DNA from: Spirochaetia bacterium
Lineage (GTDB): Bacteria > Spirochaetota > Spirochaetia > SZUA-6 > Bin103
NCBI GenBank assembly: GCA_965203515.1
Contig: OZ241907.1
Span: forward strand, 1,984,001-2,048,000
DNA: 64,000 nucleotides
Direction: 5' to 3'
The translations under genes and the position numbers were made by a program. The notes below the pieces were generated by a model that was not told the origin of the DNA, did no database searches, and worked only from the letters and a program-made list of their open reading frames with translations. Positions 57,621 to 64,000 of the stretch are shown piece by piece (positions within the stretch are counted from its first letter, which is position 1; every line of letters starts with the position of its first letter).

Positions 57621-58816
57621 GCTTCCGCCGGCTGGAGCGCTGCGGCCAGCGCGGCGATGCCGGCATCCATCTCGTCCGGGCGGTTCCAGCCAAAGCAGAG
57701 CCGCATCCGGTCCCGCCCCGACACGCCGTCGGCGGCGGTGCGCGGTCCGGGGGCGAACAGCACGCCGTTGGCCGCCGCTCGCTCGCCGGCGTCCACGGCG
57801 TCGGCTCCGTCGAGCATCCGCACGAACACGAACAGGCCGCCGGACGGCTCGGTCCAGTGCGCGCGGCCGCCCAGGTGCGCGTCGAGCGCGGCCAGGATCG
57901 CGTCCCGCTTGGCGCGCAGCAGGCCGCGCACGCGGTCGATGTGGGCGTCCAGACCGGTCTGCGCGAACCGGTGCACGGCCATCGCCGTGAACTGGCTGAC
58001 GCCGCCGGTCCCCTTGACGGCGGCCATCCGCTCCATGAGCGGCGGCGCCGCGGCGACGTACCCCAGCCGCATGCCGGGACCGATGTTCTTGGAGAACGAG
58101 GCGACGTAGATCGTCCGGCCGCTGTCGTCGAGCGATCGGATCGCCGCCGGCACCTCCTGTCCGTCGAAGGCCAGATCGACGTAGCAATCATCCTCCCACA
58201 CCGGCACGCCGCGGCGGGCGGCGATCTCGAGCACCGCCTCCCGCCGCGCCGGCGAGGCCACCCAGCCGAGCGGGTTCTGAAAGGTCGGCACCGTGTAGAC
58301 CGCCTTGACGCGCTTGCCCGCCTCCGCCGCCTCGCGGAAGCGGTATTCCAGCGAGTCGGGCAGCATGCCGTCGCCGTCCGACTCCACGCCGCGGATGTCG
58401 GCGCCGAACCGGCGCAGGATGCCGAGCGTGCCGGCGTAGGTGAAGTCCTCCACCAGCACCACGTCGCCGGGATCGATCAGCGCTTCGGCGACCAGGAAGT
58501 TGGGCTCGCTCGACCCGGAGCCGAGCAGGATGTCGTCGGGGTCGACCGTGAATCCGCGGGTGTCGGCAAGCCGGTCCGCCAGCCACTCGCGCAGCGGCGG
58601 ATAGCCGAGCGGATGGGGATAGTGCGCCAGGCTGCGGCCGGCCACGGCCAACTCCTCCCGCAGGCACTCGACCAGCTGGTCGAGCGGCAGCGAGTCGGGA
58701 TCGGGATAGGCGACTCCAAAGTCGTACCGCGCCGCCGGATGGGCGGTGCGGGCCACCGGCTCGCCCGGAACCGAGCAGGCCAGGAGCGCGTCCCACTCGC
58801 AACACCGTGCACTCAT
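57602..58816 (-). CDS. PLP-dependent aminotransferase (class I/II, LysN/MocR-like)
   Basis: PTFQNPLG, EDDCY, SFSKNIGPGMRLG, MRLCF. Confidence 0.92.
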   Translation of the reverse strand: MSARCCEWDALLACSVPGEPVARTAHPAARYDFGVAYPDPDSLPLDQLVECLREELAVAGRSLAHYPHPLGYPPLREWLADRLADTRGFTVDPDDILLGSGSSEPNFLVAEALIDPGDVVLVEDFTYAGTLGILRRFGADIRGVESDGDGMLPDSLEYRFREAAEAGKRVKAVYTVPTFQNPLGWVASPARREAVLEIAARRGVPVWEDDCYVDLAFDGQEVPAAIRSLDDSGRTIYVASFSKNIGPGMRLGYVAAAPPLMERMAAVKGTGGVSQFTAMAVHRFAQTGLDAHIDRVRGLLRAKRDAILAALDAHLGGRAHWTEPSGGLFVFVRMLDGADAVDAGERAAANGVLFAPGPRTAADGVSGRDRMRLCFGWNRPDEMDAGIAALAAALQPAEAAVAAG

Positions 58817-58918
58817 CAACGATAACCTCCGCTTGGGCCATAATAGCGATCGACGCGCGCCGCCGCGACCCTGGGTCAGGGCGGGGCGGGATCACGGCCG
58901 GCGATGGAGGGTGACCGG

Positions 58919-59881
58919 ATGAGGTACGGGACCGTGCGCGGCGTCCGCAAGCCGGTGGCGCGATTGGTGCACGGCACGACCATGCTGAGCACGGCCGCAC
59001 TGCAGGAAGGCATCGACCTGCTGGACGGGGTGTTCGCGGCCGGCGGGACCGCCTTCGATGCCGCGCACGTCTACGGCGCCGGCGAGTGCGAGCGGGCGCT
59101 CGGCGCATGGATGGAACGGCGCGGCAACCGCGAACGGGTAGTGATCATCACCAAGGGGTGCCACCACAACCCCGACCGTAACCGGATGACCCCGTACGAC
59201 CTCACCGCGGACCTCATGGACTCGCTGGCGCGGCTGCGCACCGACTACGTCGACCTCTATCTGTTGCACCGCGACGATCCGGCCCTCCCGGTCGACGGGA
59301 TCGTCGCCGCCATGGCCGAGCATCGCGCAGCCGGGCGCATCCACGCGTACGGCGGCTCGAACTGGAGCGCGCCGCGCATCGAGGAAGCGAACGCCTACGC
59401 CGCCCGCCGCGGGCTGCCGGCGTTCGCGGCGAGCAGTCCCAACTACAGCCTGGCCGTGCAGGTGCGGGCGCCCTGGGCCGGTTGCCGGTCGATCGGCGGA
59501 CCGGCCGCGGCTGCCGACCGCGCCTGGTATCGCCGTACGCGCCTGCCGGTCTTCGCCTGGTCGAGCCTGGCCGGCGGCTTCTTCTCCGGCCGGTTCGCGC
59601 GCGGCGCGCCGCAGCCCGATTCCGAACAGGACGCGCTGGCGGCCGCCACCTACCGGTCGGACGCCAACTTCTCCCGGCTGGAAGCGGCGCAGGCGATCGG
59701 CCGCGAGCACGGCGTGTCGGCCGCGCGGGTAGCGCTGGCCTACGTCAGGCAGACCGGGCTCGACGTCTACCCGATCGCCGCCGCAGCGACGCCGGCCGAG
59801 TTCGCGGACAACGCCGCCGCGCTCGACCTGCGGCTTGCTCCCGGCGAGATCGCGCGGCTGGAGACCGCCGGCCTGGAATAG
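58919..59881 (+). CDS. Aldo/keto reductase
   Basis: FDAAHVYG, SLARLRTDYVDLYLLHRDD, GGSNW. Confidence 0.92.
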   Translation: MRYGTVRGVRKPVARLVHGTTMLSTAALQEGIDLLDGVFAAGGTAFDAAHVYGAGECERALGAWMERRGNRERVVIITKGCHHNPDRNRMTPYDLTADLMDSLARLRTDYVDLYLLHRDDPALPVDGIVAAMAEHRAAGRIHAYGGSNWSAPRIEEANAYAARRGLPAFAASSPNYSLAVQVRAPWAGCRSIGGPAAAADRAWYRRTRLPVFAWSSLAGGFFSGRFARGAPQPDSEQDALAAATYRSDANFSRLEAAQAIGREHGVSAARVALAYVRQTGLDVYPIAAAATPAEFADNAAALDLRLAPGEIARLETAGLE

Positions 59882-59892
59882 CCTGACCTGAC

Positions 59893-60921
59893 CTACCGGA
59901 CCTGACTCCCGGACGCTCCGGCCTCGACCGCTGTCCAGGTCCCGGTGTCGCGGGACCGTTCGGCGGCAAGACCGAGCCGGTGGAGACGCGCGACGCGGTA
60001 ACGCCCGGCTCCGCCCTCCCCCTCCGCGTTCGGCGTGGCCGACTCGATGCAGTCCAGAAAGGCGCGCACGCATTCGTGCATGCCCGGCAGGCCCACGATC
60101 GGCTCGATCGGCGCCCACGTCTCGGTCGTCCAGGCCGGACCGGCGGCGCTGCGCCAGCGCACCTGGCCGGTCAGCAGGTCGACGCGCACGTCGCCGGCCG
60201 TGCCGGTCACGGCGATGCGCATGTCGGGGCCGGCGACGGCGCCGGTATTGACCGCAAAGGTCCCCCAGCAGCCGTCGTAGTCGAGCTGCAGGAGCCCTTG
60301 CGCCTGCGCCCGGCCGGTCGATCCGGCGCCGTCCATGGTCAGGACGCGGCCGGCGGTCCTGCCAAGCACCCGGTCGAGCGGATCGACGTACCACGGCGCC
60401 AGGTGGTCGAGCTTGCAGAGGTCCTCCTCCGGCAGCGCGCCCCAGTCGGACTCCAGCCGCACCTCCGCGAACTGCGGGACGCCGACGGTCCCGCCGGCGA
60501 CCAGCTCGGCCGCCCGCCGCACGACCGGCAGGAAGCCCAACTCGATGTCGGCGTGGGTGGGACCGCGCGCGCGCAGCAGCCGATCGATCATCCCCGGGAT
60601 CGCCTGCCGCCTCGCCGCCAACGGCCCTTCGTAGAAGACCGCCGTCCCGGCGTCGAGCGCCGCGCCGATCGCCGCCTCGTGCGCGGCCTCCGACACGGCC
60701 ACCATCACGCCGTCGACCGCCGCAGCCGCCAGCAGCTCGCCGGCGCCGGCGCAGACCTCGATCTCCGGCCCCAGCTCGCGCGCGGCGCGCTCGCGGCTGG
60801 CCGCGCTGGGCGCCGCCACCGCCGCAATGCGCGCGCGGCCGTCCGCTTCCAGCGCCGGCACGTAGGCGGTGCGCGCCCAGTCGCCGTACCCGATCAGACC
60901 GATCCGTATCTTCGCTGCCAT
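59893..60921 (-). CDS. Gfo/Idh/MocA family oxidoreductase
   Basis: RIGLIGYGDW; VFYEGP in place of EKP. Confidence 0.82.
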   Translation of the reverse strand: MAAKIRIGLIGYGDWARTAYVPALEADGRARIAAVAAPSAASRERAARELGPEIEVCAGAGELLAAAAVDGVMVAVSEAAHEAAIGAALDAGTAVFYEGPLAARRQAIPGMIDRLLRARGPTHADIELGFLPVVRRAAELVAGGTVGVPQFAEVRLESDWGALPEEDLCKLDHLAPWYVDPLDRVLGRTAGRVLTMDGAGSTGRAQAQGLLQLDYDGCWGTFAVNTGAVAGPDMRIAVTGTAGDVRVDLLTGQVRWRSAAGPAWTTETWAPIEPIVGLPGMHECVRAFLDCIESATPNAEGEGGAGRYRVARLHRLGLAAERSRDTGTWTAVEAGASGSQVR

Positions 60922-61021
60922 CCCGGCAGTGTAGGGCGCGCCGCCCGCTCGTGGGTATCGGTCAGGAGCGCGACGGCCGGCGCCTTGGCATGCGCACTCG
61001 GCAGGCCCTACCATCCGATAC

Positions 61022-62023
61022 GTGATCACGTACACCGGCGACCACGCCTACCAGGACCACGATCGGGAGTTCTTCGAGCGCGAGCTTTCCTCGTTCGTTC
61101 CCGACAAGGTGTTCGACTGCCACGCCCACCTGTGGCGCGCCGACGCCTACGACGCGCCGCTGCCGCCCGGCTTTCCGGCCGACATGAACAGTGACGACTA
61201 CCTGCGCCTGACCGGCGAAGTCTTTCCGAACCGGACGTTGGGCGCCTGGTTCCTGCCCAAGCCGTTGGTCAAGCACCGGGAGCAGACCCTCGGCGTCAGC
61301 GAATGGGTCGGCAGCTCGCTGGTCGGCAAGCCGACCTGCCGGGGAGCGTTCCTGGTCAAGCCGGAGGACGACCCGGAGTGGGTGCGCCAGCACGCCCGCC
61401 GGCTCGGCCTGAGCGGGCTGAAGTGCTACCACACCTTCGCGCTCCGCACGCCGACGCTGCAGGCCGAAATACCGGAATATCTGCCGGAGGCGGTGATGCA
61501 GGTCGCGCACGAGGAGGGGTGGTTCGTGACCCTGCACATGGTCAAGGACCGGGCGGTCGCCGATCCCGGCAACCAGCACTGGATCCGCACCTACTGCGAG
61601 CGCTACCCGGACATGAAGCTGATCCTGGCGCATTCGGCGCGCGGCTTTCAGCCGTCGCACAACTTCGAGGGGCTGCCCAGGCTGGCCGACCTGCCGAACC
61701 TCTACTTCGACTCCAGCGCCAACTGCGAGCCGATGGCGCACGCGGCGATCATCCGCACGTTCGGCCACGACCGGTTCATGTTCGGCACCGACTTCGGCGC
61801 CGCCAGCCACAGCCACGGCCGCCACGCATCGGTCGCCGACACCTTCTTCTGGGTCTACGACGATGCGCCGATCTGGGAGGAAGTGCACACCTCGATCCAA
61901 CCGGTCAGCATCGTCCTGGAGCACCTGCGCTCGGTGAAGTGGGCGTGCTGGGCGGAGCGGCTCACCGACCGGCAGATCGAAGACGTGTTCTGGGGCAACG
62001 CCGCGCGCCTGTTCAAGCTCTGA
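61022..62023 (+). CDS. Amidohydrolase family protein
   Basis: DCHAH, LILAH, FMFGTDF, GNAARLF. Confidence 0.9.
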   Translation: MITYTGDHAYQDHDREFFERELSSFVPDKVFDCHAHLWRADAYDAPLPPGFPADMNSDDYLRLTGEVFPNRTLGAWFLPKPLVKHREQTLGVSEWVGSSLVGKPTCRGAFLVKPEDDPEWVRQHARRLGLSGLKCYHTFALRTPTLQAEIPEYLPEAVMQVAHEEGWFVTLHMVKDRAVADPGNQHWIRTYCERYPDMKLILAHSARGFQPSHNFEGLPRLADLPNLYFDSSANCEPMAHAAIIRTFGHDRFMFGTDFGAASHSHGRHASVADTFFWVYDDAPIWEEVHTSIQPVSIVLEHLRSVKWACWAERLTDRQIEDVFWGNAARLFKL

Positions 62024-62127
62024 CGCCCGCCCCGGAGCCCGGCGGAACGACCAGCGGTCGCCGCGACCATCACCACTCGATCCTGCCGGTCGATCCTGCC
62101 GGACGAATGAGGGTATGATTCCCACCC

Positions 62128-62919
62128 ATGAGAATCGATCGCTATCCGCAGGGGTCGCCGTCGTGGATCGACCTGTCGACCACCGACCAGGACGCCGCCA
62201 AGTCGTTCTACGCCGGCCTGTTCGGCTGGTCGTACCGGGACATGCCGATCGACCCGACCGGCGACCGCGTCTACACCACGGCGACCGTCGACGGCGCCAG
62301 CGCCGCCGGCATCGCCGCGCAGCCGCCCGAGGAGGCGCAACGGGGCATCCCGCCGCACTGGAACGTCTACCTGACGGTCGACGACGTCGATGCCGCCGCG
62401 GTGGGCGCGGTCGAGCACGGCGGCGCGGTGCTGGCCGAGCCGTTCGACGTGTTCGACGCCGGCCGCATGGCGACTATCGGTGACCCGACCGGCGCGGTGG
62501 TATCGCTCTGGCAGCCGCGGCGGAGCATCGGCGCGCAGATCCGCGCCGAGCACGGCGCGCTCTGCTGGGCCGAGGTCCTGACCGACGATCCCGCGGCCGT
62601 CGCCGAGTTTCTGGCCGCGCTGCTGGACGTCCGCACGGAGACCGCTCCCATGCCGGACGGCGTCGAATACACCGTGGTGATGGCCGGAGACACCCCCCTG
62701 GCCGGCGTCATGGCGATGCCCGAGCACCTGCGCGAGATGCGGCATCCGCCGCACTGGAGCGTCTACATCCAGGTCGACGATACCGACGCGGCCGTCCGGG
62801 CGGCGGTCGCCGCCGGCGGCGACGTGCTGGTGCCGGCGCGGGACATCGCCACCGTGGGCCGCATCGCCTTCATCGCCGACCCGCAACGCGCCGCGCTCGG
62901 CCTGTTGACGCCGGCCTGA
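62128..62919 (+). CDS. VOC/glyoxalase family protein (two domains)
   Basis: WIDLSTTD...FYAGLFGW, GRMATIGDPTGA, GRIAFIADPQ. Confidence 0.9.
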   Translation: MRIDRYPQGSPSWIDLSTTDQDAAKSFYAGLFGWSYRDMPIDPTGDRVYTTATVDGASAAGIAAQPPEEAQRGIPPHWNVYLTVDDVDAAAVGAVEHGGAVLAEPFDVFDAGRMATIGDPTGAVVSLWQPRRSIGAQIRAEHGALCWAEVLTDDPAAVAEFLAALLDVRTETAPMPDGVEYTVVMAGDTPLAGVMAMPEHLREMRHPPHWSVYIQVDDTDAAVRAAVAAGGDVLVPARDIATVGRIAFIADPQRAALGLLTPA

Positions 62920-62942
62920 GCGGCTCCCCCCTCTCTCCGTCG

Positions 62943-63884
62943 ATGCAGTTTCGGACGATGGGGCGCAGCGGTATCGACGTGAGCCTGCTCAGCTTCGGTA
63001 CCGGCGGCCCTACCACCTTCACGGATGCGGAGCTCACCGACGCGGACAAGACCCGCCTGCTGCGCCGCTGCCTGGATCACGGCGTCAACCTGTTCGACAC
63101 CTCGCAGGGATACGGCGACAGCGAGCGGTTTCTGGGCGCTGCGCTGGCCGGCGTGCCGCGCGACCGTTATCTGCTGTCGACCAAGTGGCCCTACTCGCAG
63201 TGGAGCGGGCCGGAGGCCGAGCCGCGCGCGCTGGAACGGGCGGTCGACGCCAGCCTGCGGAGGCTGCGGACCGACTACGTCGACGTCATGTTCATCCACG
63301 GGCTCAAGCCGGACGACTACGATTCGGTCTATCAGCGCCACGGAGCGGCGATCGAACGGCTGAAGCAGGCCGGCAAGATCCGCCTGGCCGGCTTCAGCGA
63401 GCGGATGGGCGAGGACCTGGAGCACCGCGTCACCGTCGACGCGATCACCCGCCATCCGTCGTTCTGGGACGTGTCGATGCTGCGCTACGGCATCCTCAAC
63501 CAGTGCGCCCGCGACCGGGCGCTGCCGCTGGCCGCCGAGCACGGCGTGGCGGTGATGAACATGTCGCCGGCGCGCTATCTGCTGCCGCATCCCGAGCAGC
63601 TCGCCGATCGGATCGCCGCCTGGAAGGCGGACGGCTCGCTGGCGCCGGATGCGGTCCCGGACGATGATCCGCTCGGCTGGCTGGTCCACGGTCCGGTCGA
63701 ATCGGTGGTGAGCGCCGGCCTGAAGTTCGCCGCCGACCATGCCGGCGTCTCGACCGTGCTGACCGGCACCCGCAGCTTCGAGCATCTGGACGCGAACGTC
63801 CGGGCGCTCGACGACCCCTGCCTGCCGGCCGCCGATCACGACCGCCTGGTACGGCTGTTCGGTTTCGCCCGTGAGTGGCGCTGA
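62943..63884 (+). CDS. Aldo/keto reductase
   Basis: FRTMGRSG, FDTSQGYG, SLRRLRTDYVD. Confidence 0.92.
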   Translation: MQFRTMGRSGIDVSLLSFGTGGPTTFTDAELTDADKTRLLRRCLDHGVNLFDTSQGYGDSERFLGAALAGVPRDRYLLSTKWPYSQWSGPEAEPRALERAVDASLRRLRTDYVDVMFIHGLKPDDYDSVYQRHGAAIERLKQAGKIRLAGFSERMGEDLEHRVTVDAITRHPSFWDVSMLRYGILNQCARDRALPLAAEHGVAVMNMSPARYLLPHPEQLADRIAAWKADGSLAPDAVPDDDPLGWLVHGPVESVVSAGLKFAADHAGVSTVLTGTRSFEHLDANVRALDDPCLPAADHDRLVRLFGFAREWR

Positions 63885-64000
63885 CCGCGCAGCGAACCGG
63901 GTGGCCGACGCTCCGTCACCGACAGCCCTCGCGCCCGACGCGCCGGCGTCCGATCGGGGGGCGCCCGATCGGCGAACGCTGGCCCGCGCCAAGCGGCGCC

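Overview
High-GC bacterial chromosome window. Sugar-ABC binding proteins with FAEGQTE/WGSGDEE-type N-termini, two PhyH dioxygenases and a long NHL-repeat protein suggest, by inference only, a Spirochaetota-like and possibly sponge-associated organism. Most of the window is catabolic or housekeeping: two sugar ABC loci, enolase-superfamily dehydratases, oxidoreductases, a Yip1-MacA-MacB exporter, mmsA, msrA, nth and xth. Five parts stand out. (1) A defence-like hotspot at 1-7.3 kb holds an SBD-HNH nuclease, an AT-richer toxin-like + HTH-ImmA/IrrE gene pair bracketed by a 70-bp direct repeat, a stand-alone RNA ligase, an Rpn-tail fusion and a VapBC remnant. (2) A second hotspot at 16.7-21.3 kb holds a lipoprotein-Ig-metalloprotease split by a C18 tract and a decaying Sm-like/STAND-ATPase + ATPase-HEPN pair. 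(3) A Ku-less repair set pairs a polymerase-dead PolX head-to-head with a LigD-type primase-polymerase, near LigC, Nth and Xth. (4) An HNH gene has a linker built from palindromic 14-bp repeats, with a second remnant copy elsewhere. (5) An orphan, multi-stem ~190-nt structured element lies at 54.0-54.2 kb. No rRNA, tRNA, CRISPR array, integrase or intact transposase was recognised. All family calls come from reading motifs, not from database searches.
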